Positions 1 through 11,439 of a stretch of 50,299 bases of DNA are shown piece by piece (positions within the stretch are counted from its first letter, which is position 1; each line of letters starts with the position of its first letter). The notes beneath the pieces were generated by a model. It was not told the origin of the DNA. It saw only the letters and a program-made list of their open reading frames with translations, and did no database searches. The DNA lies in NCBI GenBank assembly GCA_013115125.1, contig JABANN010000230.1:1-50299 (forward strand), read 5' to 3'. The position numbers and the translations under genes are program-made. The stretch is from Perkinsus olseni (taxonomy: Eukaryota).

Positions 1-422
1 GAGAGTCCGTGAAGATCTCCCAGGCCTCGTCACCCGCTGTCGACACAATCCAGCGGACTGCTTCCAGAACTCCCAGGAGTTCGCAATCCGTAATAGTAGC
101 GTAGGGGGAGAGCTTCCAGAAATTGGAGTAGACCTTTACGCCCTCACGATAAACGACCAAAGCAGCGCCGGTCTTGACGTCCTTGACTACCGAGCCATCC
201 GTGAAGATGGCATTCTTAGTTTGGAGAGCCTGAGCGCTTCTGGTAATCAGATAATCAGAAACTGATTGCGTAGCATTTCCACCATTTCTCTCATCTATCT
301 ACACAGGGGTCGTCGCGTCCCTCAGGGGTACCTTCCTAGCGAAAAAAGGCACGAACGTAGTTTAAGGCCATCACAAAACCTGTGACAATAGCTCAAGAGA
401 CAAGTCTTAATCTGTTGCCAAT
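1..422 (-). mobile_element. Non-LTR (LINE) retrotransposon remnant, RNase H domain; runs off window start
   Basis: Manual minus-strand translation of ~1-240 gives NAIFTDGSVVKDVKTGAALVV...DCELLGVLEAVRW...WEIFTDS, with the RNase H acidic residues in FTDGS, EL and FTDS. In-frame TAG near 300. Interrupted by the LTR element and probably continues at 2774-3060. Confidence 0.8.
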
Positions 423-427
423 CATAT

Positions 428-562
428 TGTTGTACTCCAAACTCAACAGTAACCGAGGAGGGTTGAATGACTATATTAAGACAACGGGAACGAGAGAAGG
501 GACAATTGTGTTAGCTACAGAGAGAGGAAGAATGAAGACACTCATTGTGCAAGCGCATCACA
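428..562 (-). repeat. 3' LTR (135 bp)
   Basis: Identical to 2634-2768; reads TGTGATG...TACAACA on the minus strand. Confidence 0.95.
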
Positions 563-1646
563 TGCCCCCTTCTTTATTTTTGAGAGCACGAAGTCGGGCG
601 GAGCGACGCAGTTCAAAACCATAGAACTCGACTATTTTCTCCAAATTGTCTTCACTGAGACAATATACTAGTATTTCCTCTAAACACTTTGGAGCAATAT
701 TCAAACCGAACGCCATAGAATTCATTTCCCAGTATTCATTTGAGAGATATGGTAGTCTAATACAGAGATATGCTCTCAAGTCTTTTCTTATCTTGACCTG
801 TAAATAGGCTTTTTTAATATCTATCAAGTACGTGTCTATGTCATATCGACATCGCCATCGTCTCAGTGTTGCTCCACACGCTAAAGGATCCGATTTTTCG
901 TTCGGCGTGCTTTTAATGAGTTCATTGAGTGGTTTTAAATTAAGGACTGGTCTAATCGCTGTAGACGTTTTGTGTAACTGTATCTGCGCCATGAGTGGAT
1001 ACGTAGCCTTAACATGGCCAGGGTCGCAAGGTTCTATATATCCTTGGTCGATCCATAATTGTATTTCGTCCTTAAACATGGCCATTTGGTGCTCGTTCAA
1101 TTTCTCCATTTGAGCTTGATAAAATGGAACTCTTATAGTCCTCTCAGGCGGTTTATCATTAAGCCATTTCCACGCTATAGTCCATTGTCCATTATCTCGC
1201 GTCGCGGTGAAATCACTCTCTTCTATCAATATAGTTGGTTCTTGCGTTATTGCGCCCACTTCTGTATCGCCTACTCTCGTGTTTCTACTATAATTTATTC
1301 GACCAATTTTGTCGCAATAAGCAACACCGAATAATATATCTACCGGTTTAGTATTCATTTCCATTATCGCTCCTGGTGTATCCACTACCGGTGTTACTAA
1401 TTCCATTGAATTATTAACTCTTATTGTAACTGAACCCAATAACCGTACTCTACCGGCTAAAGAAATGGCTTCTTCTATATTTTCAGTGGAAATGACACCG
1501 TTCATCTTAAGAGCTGCTCTTCGTGATATTAACGTTCTAGAGCATCCAGTATCGAGCACTGATATCACTCTGCTGTCACCTAACGAAACATATGAAGAAG
1601 GATGACCAACATCACATTCATCAACCCATTCTTGGCTTACTTTCAT
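558..1646 (-). CDS. pol: Truncated pol: aspartic protease plus N-terminal part of reverse transcriptase
   Basis: VLDTGCSRTLIS protease motif. RT motifs RPVLNLKPLN, IDIKKAYLQV and MAFGLNIAP. Breaks at FY before the YxDD motif and joins an LRRSARLR tail. No RNase H or integrase. Confidence 0.9.
   Translation of the reverse strand: MKVSQEWVDECDVGHPSSYVSLGDSRVISVLDTGCSRTLISRRAALKMNGVISTENIEEAISLAGRVRLLGSVTIRVNNSMELVTPVVDTPGAIMEMNTKPVDILFGVAYCDKIGRINYSRNTRVGDTEVGAITQEPTILIEESDFTATRDNGQWTIAWKWLNDKPPERTIRVPFYQAQMEKLNEHQMAMFKDEIQLWIDQGYIEPCDPGHVKATYPLMAQIQLHKTSTAIRPVLNLKPLNELIKSTPNEKSDPLACGATLRRWRCRYDIDTYLIDIKKAYLQVKIRKDLRAYLCIRLPYLSNEYWEMNSMAFGLNIAPKCLEEILVYCLSEDNLEKIVEFYGFELRRSARLRALKNKEGGM
563..580 (-). 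promoter_or_regulatory. Polypurine tract of the LTR element
   Basis: Minus strand AAAATAAAGAAGGGGGCA lies immediately before the 3' LTR. Confidence 0.85.
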
Positions 1647-2614
1647 TCGTTTGGACGATCCTTCATCCTCATCTTCTCTTTCATATCGCTTTCCTTTTCC
1701 TTTACTTCCTTTCCCTTTTCCTTTACCTTTTCCTTTTCGTCCTTTACCGTACCAATACGGAGTCCAAGAACTATAACCAAACCATCCTTTGCCTTTTCCT
1801 TTTCCTTTACCTCCTTTTCCTTTCTGAGACCAATGCGCAACGCCACAACCTTCTCTTCTTCGCCCGAATCACTCGCCTCTTCAGCACTATCCAGACTATC
1901 ACCAACCAGGGTAACAGCTTCCGAAAGTGTTTGCCGTGGAAGCTTAGTGAAAGTGTTATAATACCCTTCCACTATCTTCGACTGCAGTAAACTCTTCCAA
2001 AAGACTTGCACACCAATCTGATCTCGTGCTTCTGAATACAATATCGGGAAAGCCAACTCGGTTAATCTATGAATCTCAGTCGAATGGCTATATACATCAC
2101 GTTTATATCTCAGCTTACACAGAGAACTGAACGCGTGTTTAGTCGTCTCGCTGTATTGTTTCGTCAATTCCTCTATAATGCCAAAATAAATCCGCTCGGG
2201 AGGTTCCTTAGGATCATTGTTGAGTCTCCTACTATACACTTCCCAAGGCTTATCCGTTAAACATAAGCCCATAAATTCCAACAACTCCTGATAAGGTAAC
2301 CTCAACAGCTTAGCGCGGCCTTCAAATTTCGATCTCCATTCCTCAAATGTCAGCTTCTTCGGATCGTATGGAACCATCGCTTTCGTTATCGCAAGGGCTC
2401 TCCCCATCTCGGTCGAGCCAGCATTTCTCATCTTCAGAACTTCATTCTGTAATTCCGCTATCTGAGCCTCCATTCTTGTTGTATTCTCAGCAGCAACTCT
2501 TGCTGCTTCCTCTTCTTGAACTTTCTCAATTCGAGCCTGCTGGCTCTCAGTTTCCATATCCCCATCAGTAACTCCGGTGTGCTCACCAGTTGTACCATTC
2601 TCGTTATCACTCAT
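1643..2614 (-). CDS. gag: Gag-like protein
   Basis: Open frame between PBS and pol, first ATG at 2614. Coiled-coil N-terminus followed by a capsid-like FEEWRSKFE...LT..PW segment. Confidence 0.75.
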   Translation of the reverse strand: MSDNENGTTGEHTGVTDGDMETESQQARIEKVQEEEAARVAAENTTRMEAQIAELQNEVLKMRNAGSTEMGRALAITKAMVPYDPKKLTFEEWRSKFEGRAKLLRLPYQELLEFMGLCLTDKPWEVYSRRLNNDPKEPPERIYFGIIEELTKQYSETTKHAFSSLCKLRYKRDVYSHSTEIHRLTELAFPILYSEARDQIGVQVFWKSLLQSKIVEGYYNTFTKLPRQTLSEAVTLVGDSLDSAEEASDSGEEEKVVALRIGLRKEKEVKEKEKAKDGLVIVLGLRIGTVKDEKEKVKEKGKEVKEKESDMKEKMRMKDRPNE

Positions 2615-2617
2615 AAT

Positions 2618-2631
2618 GTGTCTGGGCACCA
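2618..2631 (-). promoter_or_regulatory. Primer binding site candidate
   Basis: TGGTGCCCAGACAC starts 2 nt after the 5' LTR and is complementary to a tRNA ending ...TCTGGGCACCA. Primer identity not determined. Confidence 0.75.
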
Positions 2632-2633
2632 CT

Positions 2634-2768
2634 TGTTGTACTCCAAACTCAACAGTAACCGAGGAGGGTTGAATGACTATATTAAGACAACGGGAACGAG
2701 AGAAGGGACAATTGTGTTAGCTACAGAGAGAGGAAGAATGAAGACACTCATTGTGCAAGCGCATCACA
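2634..2768 (-). repeat. 5' LTR (135 bp)
   Basis: Identical to 428-562. Confidence 0.95.
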
Positions 2769-3155
2769 CATATCAAGGCCTACTCCTCCTCACGACGACT
2801 ATCGTGAGCGAGCGATTCTCCGTGGAGCAAGAATATGCGATCTCGAAGTTGACATGCTGAAAGTGGCATGTCGTATGATCTTTGTGACGCTTCGGTAGAA
2901 TAGAGTATCACAGCAAAAGGTACAAAGTCCCTGGATAGCAACTCTTCCGGTCCATTCATCGTGTGGTGCCTTCATCAATTTCACAGCGTGTTCTCTTCTA
3001 CCACAAAGGTTCTTATCCGGCGGACGGAGGGGTAGCAATGAAACCAATGCAGGCCTCTACCAAGTGCACGCATGCGTGAAGCAGATCGCTCATTTCGCCA
3101 GGGGCGTACGTGCTGAATTGCCGACCCGATCGGCCCGACCGCCCGTTCTCCGTTC

Positions 3156-3179
3156 GGGTTTCGAATCCCACGGCTGACA
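3156..3179 (+). pseudogene. tRNA 3' fragment (Leu/Ser-like)
   Basis: GGGTTTCGAATCCCACGGCTGACA resembles a T-arm plus acceptor 3' strand; no 5' half. Confidence 0.5.
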
Positions 3180-3229
3180 AGAAAGTCTGTACTTATATTT
3201 CTGTTCTCCTTTTCTGGCGAAACAATGAC

Positions 3230-3302
3230 TAGCAGCGCCTTGTTTCGGTCAAGGTACCTTTGGGTTATGAGTCCAACACGCTATCCACTGCGCCAAGCTG
3301 CT
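3230..3302 (-). tRNA. Initiator tRNA-Met(CAT), degenerate; probably a pseudogene
   Basis: AGCAGCTTGGCGCAGTGGATAGCGTGTTGGACTCATAACCCAAAGGTACCTTGACCGAAACAAGGCGCTGCTA has the A1-U72 pair, a CAT anticodon and an initiator-type T loop (ACCGAAA vs ATCGAAA). One mismatch each in acceptor and anticodon stems. Confidence 0.8.
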
Positions 3303-3379
3303 TTGACAGGATAATATGCTTTTGGCACCCGTAAGGAGGTTGCTTCTAATAGTTCGAGTGCATGTACGGCTGATCCCCA

Positions 3380-3451
3380 TGCATCGTCAGGGAATTGAAC
3401 CCGGACCATCTGCTTGCAAAGCAGATATCCTGACCATTAGACCAAAGCTGG
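3380..3451 (-). pseudogene. Degenerate tRNA with Gly-like body; anticodon now reads TGC
   Basis: TGGTCTAATGGTCAGGATATCTGCTTTGCAAGCAGATGGTCCGGGTTCAATTCCCTGACGATGCA. Anticodon stem intact; the 5' acceptor strand does not pair. Confidence 0.7.
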
Positions 3452-3970
3452 GGGAAAAATCCGCGAAAATGAGGGGGGAAAAGGGTCGCGAAAAAGTTGC
3501 AGAGGGGGGATAAAAATCGGCCTTAAAGTCGCCCAAAAACTAGATTATTAGTTCCTATTGGCATTCAGTGAGTGTCTTATTCCTAAGGGCCTGGTGAAGT
3601 GGAGGGAAGTGCTGTTGTACGACATTACGAGACTGGTGCTCTTCTGAAGACATTATCTGAAACACAAAACAACAAAAACATTTTGCAATAGCGATCTTCT
3701 CCTTCTTTGTCCATGATCCTTAACGTGATTACTACTGACTACCCAGATTGGGAAAATGATTCCGGCTAGTGGAGGTTTTGCGCATTCTAAACTAGTGAGG
3801 AACTACACATGAGACGCATCGGCGACGATGTGGGGAAAGGCCTTCCCGCACAAGATGTCAGCGCTAGTACAGGTGATCGATGTGAACTCGATTCCCAACA
3901 GTTTCCATGCTCGCACTCCGAATCAAGAAACTAAACTCACCAACCTTGATACACGGTTTAACATCGTATT

Positions 3971-4729
3971 TCATGCTGTACCGGCCTTGGTGGCATTTGC
4001 TGCATTTTGCTTCTTTCTCTCATAGTCGTCGCGTTTCCATTGGTTCTTCTTCTCGCATCGGGCTTTCCTCCTCAAATCCTTTTCCCGACGTAATTCCTCA
4101 ACCTCGCTCATGCTGAGGTCTTGTCCGACCGGACAATATCAAACCAGCGACCCATCGGAACGTGTCAATCTTTCATGACTTACTCGCACGCCGTCGTCGT
4201 ACTTGTGAGCCAAAACGACTTCACTGCTCTGGGGGAATCCGCAGATGCTACAGTTCTTCTGTTTGACTTGCTTGCTTTCTCCCGGCTCTTCCGATAACTT
4301 CCCTGACTTCTTCTTGTAAGAAGCTGGTTTTTTATCCGCCACGATCTCGAAGTTACCTTTCTAAGCCTCAGCTCTTTTATTGACCGCAATTTTTGCAGGG
4401 TCACTCAGTTTCGCTTCCGGACATCTGCCGTACGTGGAACCGTCGTCGAAGATGTGATCGTTGAGTCCCCGTGCTCTAGGCTTCTTGCAGTGCGGACAGA
4501 TGGGGTTGTGTAAACGAGCTCTCTTCTTTGGTGGTTCTTCGTCGTTCACATCCTCTCGACTTACTTGGTCTTGCGCGTTCTGCTCCGTTGGATCATGCGC
4601 TTGGATCGTATCGTTGCCACGATGAGCAGACGATGAGGAGACAGGAAGCTGCGGGAGACGGGTTAGAACCACGACCAGAGGCAACCTTGACCCTGGTTCG
4701 AAGCGCGCAGTTCCGCAAAAGAGAAAAAT
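3971..4729 (-). pseudogene. Pseudogene with two CxxC...H...C(P) zinc-finger-like motifs
   Basis: ORFs 4361-4684 and 4139-4342 are in the same frame and continue to TGA at 3971 through premature TAG (4361) and TGA (4139). Motifs CPHC..H..RCP and CSIC..H..YCP. Confidence 0.6.
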
Positions 4730-4897
4730 TTAACCAACGCAAGGCAAGCAGAGGAAGACCGAACAGAGCAGAGCAGAGTAGAAGGGCCCAAAATTTTGGG
4801 TGACAGAGTCCGAAGCAGCAGACCAACAGTGCCAAATCGAGCGAGGGTAGATTAGAAGTCTCGCAACTCACTCACCTTCAGAGAGTCACGAGAAACT

Positions 4898-4971
4898 TAG
4901 TAGAACCGAGAGTTGAACTCGGGACCTACTGCGTGTTAGGCAGTCGCTAAAACCAACTAGACCATTCCAGC
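4898..4971 (-). pseudogene. Degenerate tRNA-Val(AAC)
   Basis: GCTGGAATGGTCTAGTTGGTTTTAGCGACTGCCTAACACGCAGTAGGTCCCGAGTTCAACTCTCGGTTCTACT. Anticodon and T arms fold; D and acceptor stems are damaged. Confidence 0.75.
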
Positions 4972-6449
4972 TCCAGGACGTGAATCATCTCTACCCTGAA
5001 ATCGCGCTGCTAATGTTGTTTCGCACGCAATGTGTTCTAGCTTAGCGCCGGATGTGTCACCCCAAGCGACACGCCTGATTTTTTCCGGTCGCTACGGTCT
5101 ACGCTTCGAAGAGAAAATTTTGTGGGACCTCAATTCGCAAGACGCTCTCTGATTAAGTTGGCAATTGCCTCCGCGAGCAAATGATTCTCTTTCGTTGGAG
5201 GAGCTCGAGATCTTCGAGGTCGGCGACGCGCCCAGGCGTCTCACACTTGCTGAGACGGGAGAGCTACTGAGCCCAGTAGACCCCGAACTGTGGCCCGTGC
5301 TATGTGGCGCCTCAGCAACGAACCGAAATCTCTCAAGGACGTAAACCTCGCGCTCGGCCGCTACAGCGCTGGAGACGCGTCGACCCCGGTGCTATTCCAC
5401 TTCCCAGCGCCTTCCCTCGAGGACGTAGTCAGAACATCCGCTAAGTCTCTGCCATTCATTTCAGGAAAAATGTCAGTGAAATCACTGATTTCAAATCAGG
5501 AAAATTTTTTGCTTGGTATGATATGCTTTCGTCATGCCAGTAGCATGATGCGTAGCTCGCCGGGGAAATTTCCCGCGAAGGAGCCGCGTGCACTTGTCTC
5601 TATCGCTGGGAGTTATTTTCGACCCCTTCTTTGGACCATACACACTAGTGACAGTCAAATCACGGCGTCAACGCAACACAGTTTGACTGCAGCCTGCAGT
5701 CTGCAGGGTCTGTATTCTACAGACTGTATAATGTATACGGGCTGTAGCATAGGCTCCGAGACTTAGTATATTCGTCACAATGTTATGGGAGCCTCAGAAC
5801 AGAGAAGCCATCTGCCCAGTCGTGAAACTTTCATGGTTAAGGAGAAACTTTTCGGAGTTAGCTTGCTAGCGGAAGTTAGATGCGCAGCGAAGAACAAAGC
5901 CCGCGGAGGTGGGCCACGAAGTGGCATACACACAAGGAGACAGACCACAATTGAATGGCTGCCCACGCTAGGACACAAAGATGTCCGAAACTAGGAAGGA
6001 GTGCAAAGCACGATTTAATCGTGCTTTGAAGTCGCGTGCTATTAATTTAATAGTTAACGTCAAACTGAAAAATTTTACCCATCCCGACTCTCCCGGAGGG
6101 GCTGAGACTTTGGTGCAAAATCTTGCGATGTCCCAGCCGTCTTGATCCCAGCGCGGCTAATAAGAGTTTCGTCGAAGACTGCGGCTTCATTTCAGCCACG
6201 CTCGGGTTCAAGGTTTACCATTCCTCTGTGAAGGGTCCCACTCTTTAAACCGTCGTCTGTCTAACTGTTCCTTTCTGTCCTCAACAACAATGGTTGCGTT
6301 GAAAAAATAGTGGGAGACGTTCAACGGCTGGAATCTAACCTTGAGATAGTAGTTGTCTGATAGAAGAATTCTTAGAGGCTACTGGGAAGTGACCGAAGAG
6401 CACAAATCGGCACTTCCTATGTGATGCAAACGCAGCGGAAGCCATGCGA

Positions 6450-8650
6450 GGTCACCTCGCCGAGGTGATCGTCAGCGACTAATGGCTACTCAATGGACAG
6501 GGGTGCCTCACATGAGCGACACACATCACCCTATCTCACCGCGAGATTCTCACAATGGTCGCAAAGTTCGTCACCCACTAGAAACGTGAACCAAGCTAAT
6601 CTAAGAAACCAAAAGAGCACATGGAATCAAACAATAGCAGGCACACAGTCGCCCCAGCAATAATGCTGTTGACGGCCCAAGTGTTTCGCGTCACAGTCGA
6701 CTAATCTGCATGAGACCCCTCCTCCTGGGCTTGATCCACTGCCCATCGTGCATAAGCACCTACCAGAGGCGGAGGTGATACCTCTACAAGAGACGGTGAA
6801 GAGGGCGGAGGACCATTCCGGGAAGGGCATACGTGATCATCGAGATAATCCACATAGCTTGGATTCCGCTTAACATCAGTCCATAGCTGAGGATACCTGA
6901 AAAGACAGGATGTCCCGCGTGATAGACGGAGGCCTCCAGCGCATCAGACTTGTCGAGTTTCAACGAATCCATATTGGTACACATCCACTCGTGAGTCATG
7001 GTTGGCCAGCGCAGAAGATTCACGCCAGTAACTCTATCACAGATGTACCTACAAATTGTTGGCTGGGCTTGTAGGCTACAATGTGTGGATCTATGGGAGA
7101 AGTTGGAGAGCAACCGACCTCGATAAATGAGGCTGCACCACGTAGTCTAGGCCTGCAGAAATGTGTGAGAGAGGAACTCCGTGATCCGCAAGTCTCTGAG
7201 GATCTTCCCAAGAGCATCCGTAGTTCGGAGCGTGCTGCACCTGTATGACAGTTCCTCACTATGAGGAATGCTCTCCATCCGAGCAACATGGCAATGCCAT
7301 GTTGCCAACATTAGCATACGATGAAAGAGACGCGCAGGCGTACAAGATTTGCGTTGCATGCTATTCGGTGCAGTAGTCCCCGCCGGCGGCCTCTGTCGAG
7401 CAGTTTCGCGGTGCGGCCCACTGCGGATACGATAGGTTTGAAGATGGATTCTGCTGGGTTCAGCAGCCGTGGTGGTGCGCCCAAACCGATGCGCCTGAGA
7501 TAGGTTACTGCAAGTGTCAGTGATGCGCGCCTCGTTACTCAGTGAACCCTCGGCCTGCCCAGTGAACTACTGATAACGTACGTGTGTCAGGCAGGGCCGA
7601 GGGAGCCACAAGTACCTACGAAGTATGATGCGGCGGAAATGATGAGCACGAGGTAGTTCTGCCCCCCGACTCACAATACGCTCAATCAGGTGCACGTGGC
7701 GACTTGCGAATCTCAGCCCTATGCCTCCACCAAGGGACATACCAGCAACGACCTGAAGCATGAGGCCTGCTCAGTCACGGCTGCAAAGGCCTTGGTGTCA
7801 TCTCACGATTTTTCGATTTGAATCATCATCTAGCCAGTTAGCCTTCCGAGCGCAGCACTCCACTTGCTGCAGCAGAAGGTCCGGCGTCAAATCACGTACT
7901 TCGGGAGGGTCAGGCGATCTCCCCATACCAAAAAAATCTGCGTAGATAGATGAATAGTATTCTGGAGAGAACACATACCAAGTAGAATAACTTCTCCACC
8001 GTAGTGTTCAAGCAACCGCCGCGGTAGTTGACCCCATGCTGTCTGGTCTTGAAGCCACCCGTGCAGCAGTAGGAATCTTGAAGTCGCTTGACAGCTCTGA
8101 CACATAGTCGAACGCCTCTCTGCGCCGCTGAGTTCTCGAGAATAGTAGCCCCCAGTGGATGCCTTCAAAGCATTGCCTTGCATCTCATTCCCGCGAATAG
8201 ATACATGAGAGCCACTGTAGCCAAGCCGTCGAACGAGGAATTGCTTCTTAGTGGTACTCGATATTTTACCGTGGTTTCGCCTCGAAGATGCAACCAGTAG
8301 AAATCACTAGCGTCGAAAGGAGTCGTTGGCCTGAGGGTTGTACCCGAGCCAATAGACGTGGTGGAGGACATAACTAGGGCTGACCCGAGCTGGCACAGCC
8401 GAGCGTGGGGCGGTAGGAAATCGGGGCTCACGAAGTTCGATAAACTCAGAAAACTCCCGTGCAACGAGTGCAACCCGCATCATGAACATGTTAACCTTGC
8501 AATCAACCACTCTCATTCCTCACTATTAACACAAAAGGCGGTGATCCCATGCGACGGCAACGTGTCCTCCGACGAGGGCACAGGAGCTATACGGCCATAC
8601 TGTGTATACAGGAGATGCCGTGCTCCCGGACCAAACCAAACCATGCGACG
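6450..8650 (-). mobile_element. Highly degenerate LINE (RT, RNase H, C-terminal Cys finger)
   Basis: Colinear motif remnants across frames: FD (~8315), IYAD (~7940), RYL (~7612), LRTTDAL (~7215), QWIK and VDCDAK (~6690-6740), CRSC (~6515). Many stops and frameshifts. Confidence 0.5.
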
Positions 8651-11439
8651 GCTCCTTCGGCGGTGGACATACTGAATTACCGAGTATTAGCAGCACTCTC
8701 GGGCCGCCCTTGAGAATGATCATGTGTCTTTTCGAAGCTGACCTCTCATAACGTCCCTGACTCAGTATACTACACTAAGCCAGCAAGCATGATGTAATCG
8801 GCGTCGTCGATTCGACGATGAACACGTTTACCGTACCAACCAGGGTTCGCGGTGGGCAATGGTCGCCAGTCCAGGCGTAGGAGGTCCCAACAGTCTATGC
8901 TAGTCACTGATTAGTAATCAGATCAGTTAAAGGGAGGCAGTGCTTCCGAGGCACTGTTCCTCCGATTACGGCAGTAGATGGCAGGCAAGTCTCATGGGTT
9001 TGCATCTCTGAATGAAGAGAGATCACGAATCGTGATCTCTCTTCATTCATGGATGATTCATCGTGATTCACGATGGTTGTCCCAAGCACTTTTCCATCAG
9101 CGGAAGCTCGGTCGCCTTGATCGTGAATCACCGTGGGGGATCAGCTGATGCTTCCGCTCTCGGTGGTCGAGCAATAGTGCAACCTCCGTCGGCGCCGGCC
9201 GGAACCTATCATTCACCGGAAGGCAACACGAAACCAACAAACCGAGAAGGTGGATGAAAGGCCGCAGACGTGGACATGGTCCGCGAGCGCGATGGGGGGG
9301 GCCAATATCAGTGCTGGCAGGGCGAGTTAATGAAGGAACGCATTACCAGGCGAGGAAGTGCGCAGAGCACCGGAATTGGTAATGCCTGGCGTGTTGTTGT
9401 ACCTGGAGCCGCGAATCCAGAATTCATACTATATTCATTCAGAGAAGTACCATGACGGCTACATTGCTGACGAGAGGCAACCCTCCAGTGCTTGGATTAG
9501 GGTGTGAAGGTTCCGTGAGAGAGCAAAGTTGACGACTGGTTAATCGTCATGGTGGAGCTAAGATAATCTCGCACCCGGCAATGCTGCCAGTCCAAGAGCT
9601 AGTAAGCCCCACGAATGCAGGGCGGCCGTAGACTCCATCACGGAGTATACTTTACTCAGCGGATATACTCAGTATAGCCATGGAGAAGCATGCACTCGAG
9701 TGTCACACATGGTGAGTGGTAGGCTCACACCACGCTCGGGGGCCCAGAGGCAGGACTAGTGAGAGCGCCCGGGAGTCGATAGCCCTGTACTAGTTTATAA
9801 CAACATTCACAATGTGAATTTCACATAACCAAAACATTATACCGCTGGATTATACCAGGACTCGGAGCCGGTCGTTGGGGGAGATTGATTTTTCGACAAT
9901 GTCGGATTATCCGAGAGTCTGATCCCTATTTCTCAAAGCGCCTCCGTATATTGCTAAGGTTCCTTGAAGCTCGAGCATCACGAAGGCCTTGAGCTGCAAC
10001 TACTCGGAAATATATCGCTCACGTGAGATGCGGGATCATGAACGTCCATTGGACGTCGTCCAATCGATTTCTTAAGCGCGTCGCAACACGTACCGGACTG
10101 TGAGCTGACTTGACACCTGCTGGAAGCCTCCCAGTGGAAGAGCAAAAGAGCGTAGTCCAGTTCCATGATTGCTAGGAATTTTGCCTCGACTTCGGTGCGA
10201 GTCTCACAGTGAGGACTCGCGCAATATCTTGGACGACCGAAAATGTCATCTCGGCGAATGGGATGCACAAATGGGGCTCAGTTTTGTAGATTGGAGACAC
10301 TCCGGTGTCACTTCGAGACCAACACTTCGCGACGATTTTTCAATTTTGGGTCAAATGAGCGGATCTTAGCGATTTTTGACCTCACCCCGAACAATCTTAT
10401 CTGATGTTCTTCTTTGGTCCATCTTGGAATACAGCAATGAAGTTCCACCCGTAATACACGGAGCGCCGTTTAACGCGAATAACGGCGGCCGTTATTCGCG
10501 AAGCAAAACTTGTGACGTGGAATGCGAAATGTGCCTTCACTAGTGTTTTTCATACCGCGCGTGGAACTCCAATGTGTTCACGCAGAAATACTCCCCATAA
10601 ATCATCTGACGACACCACGGAGAAAGCCACAAGCGGCCCTCCAGAAACATCCAACGACCACGGGTACACCTTCTGTGATCGTCCGTCTTCACCCCTGCAG
10701 CACCCACTCAGTGCTACAGAGGCATGCATCGGGGCGGCTCCCAATAGTGCTCAATAGTGCACTGCTCATGGCTTCCTCTGGTTCGCGCAAGGTAGATGAA
10801 AGCCAAGAAATGCGCGAGAAGCCTCAGTCGGTCGAGGACGCTGATGGCGTGGTAAGCCGAGCAACTCCAGCTCTGAGGCGTTTTCTGGTAAACCTTCCGT
10901 ACGGATTTTGATCAACCATCGTGACCAGCGGCATAGCAGACGCCCGACGGTGGTAGACGCAATCCACGGAAATGTAATCGGGAATAAACCCTTGACACAG
11001 TGGCAGGTGCCTCATGCACTGCAACGGTTCCATACAGATAGAGTGGGTGGTGAAGAATCGTCTGGTGTGTTCAACCCAACGCGATGGTAGTAAGAAAATA
11101 TCACACAGATGAAACCAATCAAACAGACAGAGAAGTCACGCCGCCGTCTGCAGAAGACGCTGGTGGCTTCAGCCAGTCCAGTTGAGACGAATTTAGTCGA
11201 AGAAACTTACGAGCGACCGAAATAGGAAATTTACGTGTCTCACCTACTGTCGCCTAGCATAGTAGTCGAAGTCATGACCAGCTGGCCTGTCGTAAGTGAT
11301 ATCTGTCTCGTTGGAGGGTCCACCCTCCAGCGAGTCTCCATTCATCATACTAAACGAACCCGCCGCTTTTCTCCGTTTTCTCGACTGCCTAGTACGCCTG
11401 CCTTGAGATCTGAAAAAATTCAGCGTACCGAAGTGCGAC

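Larger units (their letters stand above)
428..2768 (-). mobile_element. Non-autonomous LTR retrotransposon (protease-RT order; Ty3/Gypsy- or BEL-like), internally deleted
   Basis: Identical 135-bp direct repeats with TG...CA ends at 428-562 and 2634-2768. 5-bp TSD CATAT at 423-427 and 2769-2773. PBS and PPT present, with gag and pol ORFs between the repeats. Confidence 0.95.

Noticed and set aside
1592-1990. Plus-strand hydrophobic/FS-rich ORFs, and similar ORFs at 15314-15805 and 16315-16719
   Set aside because: They are antisense shadows of low-complexity minus-strand coding regions.
3971-5650. Stop-codon reassignment suggested by in-frame TAG/TGA
   Set aside because: Such stops occur mainly in TE-region relics. 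The conserved TPS and methyltransferase exons I read are open in the standard code.
5991-6028. Helitron 3' end (hairpin, 9 nt, CTAG, T on the minus strand)
   Set aside because: The geometry fits, but no Rep/helicase or 5' end is seen, and the palindrome belongs to a wider 1-nt-centre class. Not supported enough to call.
8586-8605. GCTATACGGCCATACTGTGT resembling the 5' end of 5S rRNA
   Set aside because: Similarity stops after ~20 nt and there are no internal A/C boxes.
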